Origin: Cyanidioschyzon merolae | Lineage: Eukaryota | NCBI GenBank assembly: GCA_000091205.1 | Contig: AP006493.2 | Strand: one strand, 5' to 3' | DNA: 64,000 bases | Part shown: piece by piece, positions 33,870 through 44,750 of the stretch | How positions within the stretch are numbered: position 1 is the stretch's first letter | How the letters are laid out: each line of letters begins with the position of its first letter | Notes under the pieces: model-generated | What the model saw: the letters and a program-made list of their open reading frames with translations, nothing else | Databases searched by the model: none | What the model was told of the DNA's origin: nothing | Made by a program: the position numbers and the translations under genes

Positions 33870-36800
33870 TTACAGCGCCAGGTGACCAACACTGTGATCG
33901 AGTGTCGCATGCAGTTGCGCAACTCGTTCCGCAGAGACGTGTTGGCGTAACCACTCCAGAAACACGCCATCATCATGACGCTCTGCTCGCCAGTCATGAA
34001 TCCAGGCGTCTGTTAGCGCCAGAGCAACCGCTAAGCGCGGCTTTTCGCTTGCCCAGTGCTGTGCCGCTGCCTCCACATGCGGCCTGACTTGTTGCCATGA
34101 AGCACGCGTCAAGTAGACGAGGCAACACGCCAAACCAATCCATAGAGGCCAAAGCGGCTTGTTCACTGACTTGTCGTCCGAAAGCGTATGCGTCCAGCCT
34201 GGAGCCGCTAGGGGTGACGGCTCCTCGGGCGTGCACGCCTCGAAGACAGACGCTCTGTCAGGCGGAGCGACGTGTGCCCATGCGGGCGCTAGTCGCTCAC
34301 CGACTCGCAACGAATTCGATTTGGATTCGAACACCAGCTGTCCCAGTTCACAGAAAAACTTCTGCAGTGAAGCAGACCAACTGAATGGCGCGTTGCTCTG
34401 CGGCTCGACCTCGGCACAAAGAAGGTCCGCTTCTAGGAGCTCGATCGCGCTTAGCGTCGTTTCGCCTCGAGCAGCGTTCTGTGCTGCTGCATTGGACGAT
34501 GTCAGCGTACTGGATAACTCCAAAATCGCTGCAACCCAGTGGGGTAAAAGGGAAAGCGCTTTCTCGGCTGGTGGACGCCACCGTTGCTGCCCCTGTGATG
34601 CCGTTTTCGCTGCTGGATGTGGCGCGCTGCCCACAGTACTAGTCGCATCTGCGACTGATTCCGGTCCCATCTGGTAGAGGAACAGTGCTAAACTAGCGAG
34701 CAGCAACGCACGTATTCGCAGCGGGGATCTGAGGACAGCTCCACGCTGAGCATCCGGGTAAAACGGTGCCGTAGGATACATCTTCTCGACGCTGCTTACC
34801 AGATTCTGAAGCATATCTTGCGCGTTGGTACGCTGCCCCTGAACGCAGAGCGGGAACAGAACAATCGTCTTCGCCGTCTTGCTGTCGACTGGGCCGCAAG
34901 CACATGACTGTACCAACGCTAGGTATGCTGCGAGAGCGCGCGCATCGTTTTGCAATGCTCGGCGATGACAGGACTCGTGCGCTACCGACAATCCCGCCGT
35001 GCTCATCGAGAATACCCACAACGGCTCGATGTGCACTGCTGCCTCGACTGCATTAGCGCTCGATATGTGACCATGAACAGCGCTTTGGCGCCGAAGCATC
35101 CTCCAGTTCCGAGAGAGGTCTAGTGCCTGGAGCACCACATAGGCACCAAGCGCGTCAGATGTATCGAGCGTATTCGTTTCTCGACAGAAGACACAGGTTT
35201 CGGCTGCCGCACTGCTTTCGTTGCGACATGCTGCCGCCTCCGGGCGTTGACAGAGTGCATCTATTTGACGCTGTATCGCTTGCGTTGCTCGCTGACGAGC
35301 AAGGAGCGCCGCCTGGCGCCGAGTGCTCTGCAAAAGCGCTGCAGCATCATGAAGGTGCTGTGATCCGGGACCGCCGACCCGGTTGATGGCCTCGATAAGG
35401 TCCTCCGCAGCGTTCCCGATGCTACTTGGCTGTCTAGCAAGCTGGATGAGGCTGCTCGCTACTTGGACAGAGTTCGGGAAATGCCCTAGGCGCTTTTGGA
35501 GCTCAGCTGGTGCACTCGTCACCGCCAGCTGGAGAAAGCGACATAGGTCCTCGATACGAATCTCTGTGCTTCCGGATTGCAGCGCCCTTGTTGCTGTCTG
35601 TGATCCAGTCGGTTGTGTGGACGCTGGTGGCAGCCTCTGATGCGGCACCTGCTCGGTGCCATTTGAGGAGCCGGTCTTCACGTCAGTACGCACGGCTGAC
35701 ATGAGATCCTGCAGGGTCTGTTGGCACCACGCGATAAAGCCGCAAGTATCGAGGGCGTTCCACAGATCGCCACGCGGGAGGAAGCTCAGCATGATGCCGC
35801 ATTGTCGTACGGCCGTCTTCGGCCAGTGCTCGGATGCTATTGATACAGCCGACGTAAGTGGAAGACGCAATGCGGTAAGCACCGTCGGGACGTCCCCGAA
35901 ACGCGCCAGCAAACGAAGCCACAGGCGTTCTTTCTCGGCAGTGGGGGCGTCCTGCGCACCCGAAAACGCCCCAGTTAATCCCGTGCAGCTGCGATGATCT
36001 CGCGCGGGCGGTTGCTTCTGTTGCTGTTGCTGTTGCCGAGGCGTCGAGCGTCGCAACCACAGACTCGCCTGTTCACATATCGCGGACGCACAGGGCGAGC
36101 AGCTGGTGTCCTGCTGTCGTGCCTCCAACGGTGTCAGCTGTTTCGCCAGCAGGTCCAGCAATTGGTTGGCTATTGCGGCAAGTTCCGGGGAGCCTCGTGC
36201 CGCTAGCTGCGCAGCAGCGAGGAACGCCTCGTTTGTAAGACGCTGCCGTCGGGCCGTATCTAGACATGCCGACCAACATCTTGCCAGCTCCGACTCCTTG
36301 ACCGATACCTGATGTGTGCTGCTGCGATGGCTATCATCCGACGCTTCCATATCAAAAAGGGCTACCAGCTGGTGAATAGCCGCAGACGGTGCGAGCGGTA
36401 TGAGTCGCACGACGTGTTCCAGCCCACCGCCCCGAACAAAGCTTTTGAAAAGGAGCCGTCGGACCACGCGGGATGGATTTGATCTTGCTGCCGTGCCAGA
36501 AGCGTCTTCGGCCGGTGGCTTTGCAGTTTCGACCGTAAAGTGCGGCTCAGTTGCCTCGCCATCAAGACCTGCCAACCGATAAATGACCACGATAGTGCTG
36601 GTGGCGGCTTCTATAGAGCGAATAACTGCAAGTAAGGGCAAGGAAAGCGGAACCAAACGCCCACCGATCAAAAGCTCAAGCGCAAAGTCGTCCGAAAGCA
36701 AGGATTTGAGGTCTAGCTGCAAGCAAATGAAATCCTTGAGCACTCGCATGGTCCAGGCATGAGGTTCCTTCAAGGAAAGACTGAGCCCAGCTCTTTGACA

Positions 36801-37112
36801 CGTTTCAACAATACGAGTCAAGCGGAACCGCTGCCCATAGAGCGAGCCTCGTATAAAGTCCTCTTGTGAGGGCGCCTTTTGAAACTCGAAGACCACGCTG
36901 TCGGTCTGGTGCTCGTTTGTCTGCGCTGGAGCCGCGCCCCGCCCTGGTGACGACACGTGCAGCTGACTTCGCTCCTGGTGTCGTTCTTGCTGCTCACGAA
37001 CCGCATAGAGGAACGGATACGGCGTCGCCGCTTCGGATACCTGCAGGTCAAAGAGCGCAAAGAGCGCCTCCGCAGACGCTGCACACGTTCTCGCAGACTC
37101 GGGCGCACTCAT
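33870..37112 (-). CDS. Large hypothetical protein (1,080 aa), convergent with the UBR4-like gene; contains a possible degenerate UBR1-type RING-like segment
   Basis: Long uninterrupted ORF with protein-like composition and a poly-Q run (QQQQQKQ). The segment 'CVFCRETNTLDTSDALGAYVVLQALDLS … SVAHESCH … IVLFPLCVQ' resembles the UBR1/2 atypical RING region (CILCQEEQEV…AMVLSACVQKS … SCGHVMH … YLCPLCK). No UBR box is present. Confidence 0.6.
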   Translation of the reverse strand: MSAPESARTCAASAEALFALFDLQVSEAATPYPFLYAVREQQERHQERSQLHVSSPGRGAAPAQTNEHQTDSVVFEFQKAPSQEDFIRGSLYGQRFRLTRIVETCQRAGLSLSLKEPHAWTMRVLKDFICLQLDLKSLLSDDFALELLIGGRLVPLSLPLLAVIRSIEAATSTIVVIYRLAGLDGEATEPHFTVETAKPPAEDASGTAARSNPSRVVRRLLFKSFVRGGGLEHVVRLIPLAPSAAIHQLVALFDMEASDDSHRSSTHQVSVKESELARCWSACLDTARRQRLTNEAFLAAAQLAARGSPELAAIANQLLDLLAKQLTPLEARQQDTSCSPCASAICEQASLWLRRSTPRQQQQQQKQPPARDHRSCTGLTGAFSGAQDAPTAEKERLWLRLLARFGDVPTVLTALRLPLTSAVSIASEHWPKTAVRQCGIMLSFLPRGDLWNALDTCGFIAWCQQTLQDLMSAVRTDVKTGSSNGTEQVPHQRLPPASTQPTGSQTATRALQSGSTEIRIEDLCRFLQLAVTSAPAELQKRLGHFPNSVQVASSLIQLARQPSSIGNAAEDLIEAINRVGGPGSQHLHDAAALLQSTRRQAALLARQRATQAIQRQIDALCQRPEAAACRNESSAAAETCVFCRETNTLDTSDALGAYVVLQALDLSRNWRMLRRQSAVHGHISSANAVEAAVHIEPLWVFSMSTAGLSVAHESCHRRALQNDARALAAYLALVQSCACGPVDSKTAKTIVLFPLCVQGQRTNAQDMLQNLVSSVEKMYPTAPFYPDAQRGAVLRSPLRIRALLLASLALFLYQMGPESVADATSTVGSAPHPAAKTASQGQQRWRPPAEKALSLLPHWVAAILELSSTLTSSNAAAQNAARGETTLSAIELLEADLLCAEVEPQSNAPFSWSASLQKFFCELGQLVFESKSNSLRVGERLAPAWAHVAPPDRASVFEACTPEEPSPLAAPGWTHTLSDDKSVNKPLWPLWIGLACCLVYLTRASWQQVRPHVEAAAQHWASEKPRLAVALALTDAWIHDWRAERHDDGVFLEWLRQHVSAERVAQLHATLDHSVGHLAL

Positions 37113-38387
37113 GGCATTCGAACGTGTCCAGTACGCACAGAGTCCAATTCGAGCTCAACACGATAACTACGAAAGCAACAAAGATAGAACGCTCAATGAA
37201 AGGAGGAAAACTGTTATTCAAGTTGTGAGTGTTTCCGGTGTGTAGCTTGTCTCCTAGGTTTGTTAGGGAGTCGTTGAGCGTCGCTGGTTGACGCACTGTT
37301 GTTTTCCAGTGAAGCTGGCCGGTCGCTGGTCGAGGCGCGATCTCGAAATTGGCGCGAGCGGCGCTCGCTTTCTCTGTCTAGCGCCCGACGCAAACCAGAA
37401 GTTTTCATGGAATCTGTTGAGACAGGCGCGAAAACGCTGAGGCGCTGATATGTTATCCTTGGCTTGGAGGTACCCGAAAAGAGATTGTTGCTTGGGTAGT
37501 TCAAGAGAAACAGCGTCAAATAGCGGATGTGGGCGGGGATAGTGAAATGGTTGTATAGGGAACTGTTCCCGGTGCCTACTGGAGCGGTGGACTCCCGAAG
37601 AGCGTCTATTTACGGGAAGTATCATTCGGCGGTGCCGAGGACTAGTTCGGATACCTAGCTGCAAGCTATATGAGCGAAGAGTGTATAGTAAAGGGAAATC
37701 CTTTTGATACAAAAGTTGGACTGCGTGCTTTTGTCTCTTGAGGTCTCGAAAGCGGTGGCGTTTCTGTGTGGCCTATCGATACGTGTTATCTGATGGTGCC
37801 GGGCGTGCGTGACCTATGCTTTTCTGATTGACAGAGCGGTTACGAAGACCGAGAGTCCACCCGTCCTTCCCTCGGAGATAATGGTGATTTCGTACATTCC
37901 ATGGTACGCTGCACGGAGACAGAACGTCTTTGCCTGACGCTTACGCGCGGGTCCAGTGCATGTGCGTCCGCAAATGCCAGGCATCGATAGCGCCCCTACT
38001 GAGGCGAACTTGCGCGGGCGCAGATATCCAATATGCAGCGACTAATGGTTGTCGCTGCCCGCGTTACACACTCTGTGGGATGATATACATAGATTTATGG
38101 GAGTTCAAGCGGATTCGCAGCTCTCTGCCCAAAAAGAAGCGTTCGAGGTTCATGTATGTGCGAATTTTTCGGTATGACGCGACATGTCGTAACACGGCTA
38201 AATGAGCAGCCCCGAACAAGCCCGCTGATTCGATCAAGCGACCGCGTCCTTAGAGGACGTCGGGGGCGGCACCGCGGTACCCGTCCGCAATGCCACGCTC
38301 CACAGATTCTAGGCTAGTATCCGCCTATCGCTGGTCGCTTTATCGTGACACGAACGCATAGGCGAGACAGCTGCGGGGGGCTCTCGT

Positions 38388-39059
38388 TCACGTTCGTAAG
38401 GGGGCCGCAGCATCTGCAAACGGCACTGTTAAGTCAGCCGGGCCGAAGAATGCCGCGAACCAGCGCGGTGTCTCAAGAAGGCGGCATCCCGTCAGAGATG
38501 GGTATACATCAGACAGGAAATAGTATACATGGCCCACGGCAATACCAAGCAGATCGACGGTCGCTGACGCCCCGAAAAGAACCGTGAACAGCAACAGCAA
38601 CCACGGAAGAAACGGTGCTGAAAAGTTCACCAACCCCAGGAAACTCAAAGAAACACTCTCGTTCCGTCTTGACCACAGGTAAACCATGGCGAACGTTAGG
38701 GACGGACCCATAAACAATACATTCACGAAGGGTGCTGTCAAGGTTAGTAAGGTCCCACAGACCAGGAGGAACCAGGCGTAGTCTGCAGAGCGACCGCGAA
38801 ACGTCGTCTCTTCCAGCAAACGACTATACCGAGCAAGAAAAAATACGTGAAATATAAAGTCCAATGATATCGACGGTCCGAAAAACGTAAAATTCGTGAG
38901 CAACCGCCACGGCTGAACAGGAATTCGCGTCCACGACAAGTACAGTTTCAGCGGTGATACAACTTCCAGCGCGCACCCCAGCGTCGTCAACACAGCCAAC
39001 GTCACATACGTTCGTGTTACCGGGGGTATAGAGCGATATATTTCCTCAATGGACGACAT
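38388..39059 (-). CDS. DER1: Derlin (Der1-like ERAD membrane protein)
   Basis: Near-collinear match to Derlin-1/2: 'IPPVTRTYVTLAVLTT', 'WRLLTNFTFFGP', 'FLARYSRLLEETTFRGRSADYAWF', 'VYLWSRRNESVSLSFLGLVNFSAPFLPW', 'VDLLGIAVGHVYYFLSDVYP'. It has four TM segments. Confidence 0.9.
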   Translation of the reverse strand: MSSIEEIYRSIPPVTRTYVTLAVLTTLGCALEVVSPLKLYLSWTRIPVQPWRLLTNFTFFGPSISLDFIFHVFFLARYSRLLEETTFRGRSADYAWFLLVCGTLLTLTAPFVNVLFMGPSLTFAMVYLWSRRNESVSLSFLGLVNFSAPFLPWLLLLFTVLFGASATVDLLGIAVGHVYYFLSDVYPSLTGCRLLETPRWFAAFFGPADLTVPFADAAAPLRT

Positions 39060-39420
39060 TCAATCGACCTCAAACGTGTCGGATGGTGCACTAGCAACGC
39101 TGCTGCGTCGAGGCACACCCGCCCTGGAATGACTCGCCAGAGAACAAAGATCCGCGGGTGACGCGGCCTGTACAGCGCGTTGCGGGCATCTGTCCCGAAC
39201 GTGCGCGAAGGGCCTAGCGAGGCCGCACTGCTGGCGAGCGCCGCCTCCGCCCGAGATGCGATCGGCAGCGGCTGCGCGGGTGGATCCATGCATTGTCCTA
39301 GTCCATACTTTTATGTACAGTTATGTCCAGGATAGAGGATTCGACGAATGGCGCCCCATGGGGATACAGCAGGGGATCCCGCTGCGCGTCAGGCACCCGT
39401 TCGGACGCATGGTCCGAAAC

Positions 39421-40719
39421 CTACACCAACGACGATTCTTGTGCGCGCTCCTCCAGGAAAGTTTTGCACAGTTCGTAAGTGACAAAGGTCAGAACAGTTG
39501 CCGGCAAGGTGCGGAAAAGCGTTGCCCCGATACCCCGATAAAACGCGCTGATACCCTCTTCCTTAAGCATGTAGCGCACAAGCCGTAGCATTCGCACAGG
39601 CTCGGTACCGATACCTTTCGCGGTTCGATTAAGGAACGGTTCTGGTGGTGGTATACCGCTCTCTACTGACAATATGGATATCATTTGCAAGCGGCTTCGA
39701 ATGACCTCATGGGGATACGCTACAGCGCTGGCGACAATTTTGCTGACCGACGAGGCGACCATGATTCGCCATACTGGTGGGCGCGCCTCCGTTAGCGCAG
39801 ATGTGCTGGCCCCAGGTTCTTTGGAGCGCGGTCGGCTTACAACCCAGCTGCGCTTGAGTGCTTCGTATAGCGGGAACTGGACAGCGACATGAATCAGACC
39901 TAGGAGACTCGGGGTCAGGCCGCGATAGAGCGCGGCGAGGCCCTCCTCGCGAGCAATTCGGCGCAGGCATTCAAGCGGGTTCCGATATCGGGGAACTGAT
40001 CCCGGTAGGACAACCTCAGCTTGCATGCGCGTTTTCACAACCCAAAGCGGTGAGCAAAGCAGAGCCGTCGCAGCACCAGCGCCCATACTAGCCATCATCG
40101 AGGCCAGCATGTCCTTTGACAGACCTCTGCTGGGAAACAGGTTCGCCCCGAGTCGAGACCGTTTTGGCGGATTCTTCGACCACTGCTCCAGAAGCGTTCC
40201 CCGAAGTTGCTCGTACAGCGAGAAGTAAATCGCCCAGTTCGGCATGAACGCCATAAGCGATGCAGTTAAGCCGCGGTAGAAACCACCGATACCCTCCGTA
40301 CGAAACGTGGCACGAAAAACATCCCGAAAATGACGGAGCTCCAGACCGCTACCCGTACGCAGCGCGTGTGCGGTGTTCCCAAAACTTCCCACTTGCATGC
40401 GCGTACGTACCACGTCCAACGGACTGAGCACCAACGTGTTCACCATTCCAGAGACTGCTCCAGCAGTGAATGAGTACGAAAATTGCCGAGCATGTTTCGC
40501 CACTGAGTTGAATCGTTTGAAAAACAGTGTCTTTTTTGGATTCTTTTCCACACCCAGAGCGCCGTACTCTTCCTCGCCTCTCGAGTGCATGCCCGGTGGT
40601 GCGCTCCTGGAGCAGCCGCAGTCGCGCGGCAGTAGCCCGCTGTCTAAGCTTGTGGACAGAGGCACTGACGACAAGGACTGCAGCTTATTGGTCCGCGCAG
40701 TTCCAGAACGCGCGGCCAA
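39421..40719 (-). CDS. Mitochondrial carrier family (SLC25) protein, NAD+/folate/pyrimidine-nucleotide carrier subgroup
   Basis: Three MCF repeats with signature motifs 'PLDVVRTRMQ', 'PLWVVKTRMQ' and 'PHEVIRSRLQ'. There is an N-terminal extension of ~90 aa, and the start codon is uncertain. Confidence 0.85.
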   Translation of the reverse strand: MAARSGTARTNKLQSLSSVPLSTSLDSGLLPRDCGCSRSAPPGMHSRGEEEYGALGVEKNPKKTLFFKRFNSVAKHARQFSYSFTAGAVSGMVNTLVLSPLDVVRTRMQVGSFGNTAHALRTGSGLELRHFRDVFRATFRTEGIGGFYRGLTASLMAFMPNWAIYFSLYEQLRGTLLEQWSKNPPKRSRLGANLFPSRGLSKDMLASMMASMGAGAATALLCSPLWVVKTRMQAEVVLPGSVPRYRNPLECLRRIAREEGLAALYRGLTPSLLGLIHVAVQFPLYEALKRSWVVSRPRSKEPGASTSALTEARPPVWRIMVASSVSKIVASAVAYPHEVIRSRLQMISILSVESGIPPPEPFLNRTAKGIGTEPVRMLRLVRYMLKEEGISAFYRGIGATLFRTLPATVLTFVTYELCKTFLEERAQESSLV

Positions 40720-40989
40720 ACGCCGTTCTAAACTCGAACGACGCCGACCGTGTACCGTAGTGGCGACGACAGCGCCCTAGACAAGAAGTCTCCGATTGAC
40801 GTGCAGACGCCCCCTCGCCTTTTGGACCGGCCAACTACTACTGCTTCAAACTTTTTCTCATATAGTTCGACTTTGAGAGGTTGTCCAACAAAGTTCTGTC
40901 TTGTCCATGCTGGAGGTCTCGTCTCCAGCACCGCACATCTCCTGACATTGATTTTTTTCATTGACAAAACGTTTACTTAGCCTATCGTT

Positions 40990-41340
40990 CTCCGATTGTG
41001 CGCTAGTTCTTTTCTTACTTTTTTGTTTTTTTCAGTGCGAGGTGAGATATCCATCAACCCCCTACCTCCAAGTTACGCTACCCAGAATTTTCCTCGGATA
41101 TTCTGGTCGTTTCATACGTCCTATCGTGTGTGCCTAGTACCTGCAGTTCCGTATCCGCCTCTGGGCCTGAACCGCTGGAGCAGATAATTCATAGAGACAG
41201 AACGGCGTTGCCGTACCACAGAGGGCGTCAGCTCGAGGCGTGGTTCACCCGGCGTAGAATCGGGTCTCATTGTCTGTCTGTGCTCGGACAGTCTGCGGAT
41301 GCAGGCTTGTCTTCGCTGCACGACACGCTGGAGAAACTTG
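40990..41340 (+). repeat. Dispersed ~330-bp repeat family, copy 2 (begins 'cttttcttacttttttgtttttttcag|tgcgaggtgag')
   Basis: Aligns with the reverse complement of 2165-2510 and of 55805-56060. It has a polypyrimidine tract plus AG at the 5' end. It lies ~300 bp from the 3' end of the degenerate LINE. Confidence 0.55.
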
Positions 41341-41649
41341 GCTGTTAGGATATATCCTGGGAGCCGCCTCTCTCCTTCGTGATCATGCATGGAGTGCGTT
41401 GTTGTCGGTTGGCAATGCGGGTTTCTGCTTGACACCCACCACAGTGGGTAGACGCAGAAAGCGCACTGAGCCCGTGTGCGCATCCGATTCGCTGGACCCT
41501 TCTTTCTAGAAGGTAGCATGTGAGTTTGTTCGCCACTAATGAGCGCTGAGGCTCCGTTAGCGGGCCATCAGTTGCCAGTGCTACACTCAAAGTGTGTGTC
41601 CGGCCTTTGGCTATCAAGGTGATGCCCAGCTGCTGCTGTCCTCCAAGGA

Positions 41650-44600
41650 GCTCGCTGCGCTCGTGTTTCCAGCGCGGGCACTGTAAGCCTAACTATGTCA
41701 GCGTCTCGGGGTTCTCGTTTCCACAGCAGGGACAGTGTGACTCCCAGTGCGATTCCAGTGTTCCTATGCGGCTTAGAGCCGGTGCTGGTAGCCAGAAGCC
41801 ACCAACGCGCATTTTGGCCAGCCACTGGGTACCTCGAGCAAGTCCCGGGAACTCCAGCGTCTCCCACCAGTGCTTGCATGTGTATGCTAGGTTGTAGTTC
41901 CGGTATAGAGTCAAGCCGGCGTTACTCGCGCGACTGGTACCGTGTCTACGTTCCCATATTGGTGTTTGGACCTTTCGCTTCAGGTGACGGGAGAATTCTA
42001 TATTTCTGGGGAACGATTGGGTAGCGTGTTTTCGCCTGAGAGGCGCTTCACCGAAATCTGCGTCGATTTCATCCAAGTGTTCTTGCGGTGGGTTGGGGTC
42101 TTCATGAAACTCCGACTGAACCAGGTGCGCATAGTGGGCCCTTTGGCCCGTATACATGCCCGGCAGCCTGCTGCTATCGCTTATATCGAGAGTATTTGGA
42201 GTTCAAGTCCGAGTGTCAGCGGGTTGGTCGCTCTGCTCTGCACTGAGCATCCAACAACAACAACGAGTCGCATTGCCCTGTTGGCGGCTGTCTGCAGACG
42301 TGAGGCATTTGGGTGCTTCATGCCGCACCATTCAGCACCCCAGGTCGCAGGCTGGATGATACACATCCTTAGTGCGCTGGTACGGATTGCTATGCAGATA
42401 GAGGGGTCGGATAAGAATGGGCCTGCGATCGCTATACGTCTATGCATCTTGGCGATCATCTCGTCGATGTGTGCCTTTTCGTCGAGCGTCGGCGTGAGAC
42501 AGACCCCCGGGTAGCGATCTTTTTCCACGATTGGAATTTCCTGATTCTGCAACCGCCACGAGCGATTGCGAATGCTCTGCGAGTCTCCATGGATGACCAT
42601 GACGCCGCACTTCGATGCTCCTATGCTCATCTCTCAGCGATCGGTCCAGGCGCTGACTTGTTCCATGCTACCCGCAAGCGTTTCCGGGGCGGGTGCCAAC
42701 AGCACGACATCGTCCGCAACTAGACGGCCTGCGAGGCGGTTTCTATGTGAGGGCTCCTCACCGGACATCTCCACAGTCTATCCACGGCGCCTCAGCCGCG
42801 AATTGTCTGCAGTTGTTCAGCAGATCGTTGATGAAGATGTTGAAAAGGAGCGGGGATGCGGGGTCGCCCTGTCGCAGTCCACGGTGGATTCTTATGGAAG
42901 GGGTTCTTGAGCAGTCGCCCAGTCGGATGCGCATCCATGAGTCTGCATAGAGCGCACGGAAGAACGCTAAGCACTTTCCGGAGACTCCGGCTCGTTCCAT
43001 CTTCAGAAATGGAGCCTCGTGCGGGACCGTGTCCAAGGCCTTTTGAAAGTCGGTGAAGCATACGTAAGCTGGTTGTTGGCCGCTAATCGAGCAACGTTGC
43101 ACCACTTCAGTTAGGGTCAGGGTATGGCTCATGCACTCCTCGTGGCTCCGGAATCCAGCCTGTTCTGGGGCGAAGAACTTGCGTTCCTGGAGGCCTCTCT
43201 GGATCCGGTTCGTGGGAATGGCGCAAAGTAGCTTCATGATTGACGGGATGAGGCGCATAGTCCGGTAGATGTTCATGTCTGTGTGGGAGTCCTTTTTGAG
43301 GATCGGTACGACCTCGGCAGTCCTCCGTACATCTGGGATGCACGCTTCTTCAAACATGCGTTGAATGAGCTCCAGAAGGCGTTTGCATAAGATTGTGTCA
43401 GGTTCATCTGGTATCGATAGTGTCCCTGTTGTCCCGTCTTTTGGGGTCGCCAGTTTCATCCACTCCGCCGCGATGCCGCCGATGCCAGGTGTTTTGCGGT
43501 TGCTTGAGCATAGCAGGGTCCGAACAGATTCAGGCCAGAAGATTGGGTCGTTCCATTCCGGTACCGGTTCGAGGCGCCGTAGTTCTGCAGCATATTGGTG
43601 CCGATAGATTCGGTTTTGGCAGTGCCCAGTTGCGTCTTCATGCAGCTCTGGCCCGTGGTCCGTCCAGGCCTCATTCACTGAGGCACTCTCCGTCCTCAGC
43701 GCTTCCTCATAAACGATTGGTGTGAGCCCCAAGCACTTTTTCGGTGGGTCGAGTCTCGATCGAATGTAGCCTGGGGTTTCATCTTCGCTGGTGCTCTCTA
43801 GCATAGATTTCGCCAGGGCGGCGATTTTGCGGCTTCGATCCTCTCGTTTGTCTTCTCTGGAAAGTTTCTTCTTTTTTTTGATAGCTTCTTCATGTTGCGC
43901 CTGTAGCGCCAGTAGCGCTGCCTTCGCTTCCTTGTCTCCGGCGTTGGTGCGTATGGCGGTGCGGTTGACGTTCTTATTGAGTCGATGGCATTCATCAATC
44001 CGAGTTTTGGTACGTCGTTTCAGGTACTGAGGTTTGCAACTGTTGTGTTCTGGTGCAAGCAGTCCCAGTTCTCTGGCAGTCTTCTTATTCCCATCTACAA
44101 ACTCGCGTGCCAATTGGTCTAAAGATTTGCATGCACGGCTTTTCGGATCTTCAGCGCTGTGAGTAGGTGCCTGGGTTTGGCGACGGCTTTCTTGAGTTCC
44201 AGCTGGGGCACTCTTTCAGGGGATCACTCATGATGGGCTCGTTTGGGGGGGGGTCTTCTTTCTCTTCTTCTGTTTTTTCTTGTCGGTCTTCCTCGTCTTC
44301 TTCGGGCTCTTTCCTGAGCTAAATTCTCTGGTTATTTTGCATCTAGGTGGATCATGAGGTTTCTGTGCCTCCTTCTCCGTATCCCGTTGGGTCTCTTTCG
44401 CTATTGCAGAGTCCTCTATTCGTGTCTCTTCTTCGTTAATGTACTGATAATTCGTTATCTCGTAGTTCAATACCGAGGCTATCCCGCAAATATTCCATGA
44501 TGCGAAACCTATCGAGTCGTAGCGCATAAGTGAATAGGAATAGCGCTGCGGTACTCCAGAGGTACGTCGTCGATTTAGACGCACGCTCCATGGGGTGTGT

Positions 44601-44750
44601 GAGCGTACATGCCACAATTGCCTCCTGCATTCCACTCGTTCACTGAGTGTCTGCCGCAGCACAAGCGTAGAATCAGAAGTACAATAGTCAAGGTCGATTC
44701 GAATGCGACCTTTATCTTGCCGGACGCGTGAAGCTCCCCTCAATTACTGG
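41650..44750 (-). mobile_element. Degenerate, frameshifted non-LTR (LINE) retrotransposon: APE-like N-terminal remnant, RT, C-terminal zinc-knuckle
   Basis: RT motifs 'FTDFQKALDTV' and 'GLRQGDPASPLLFNIFINDL' in ORF 42758..44113(-). The RT continues in a different frame (42181..42630: 'VMVIHGDSQSIRNRSWRLQNQEIPIVEKDRYPGV'). A third frame carries 'HWESHCPCCGNENPETLT' (41693..42157). The APE-type start motif 'IGFASWNICGI' sits at ~44560 (ORF 44228..44743). Multiple frameshifts indicate a dead copy. Confidence 0.75.
42758..44113 (-). pseudogene. Reverse-transcriptase ORF fragment of the degenerate LINE
   Basis: 451-aa ORF with RT palm motifs. It is truncated relative to a full ORF2, and the downstream RT/Zn-finger segments lie in other frames. 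Confidence 0.7.
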
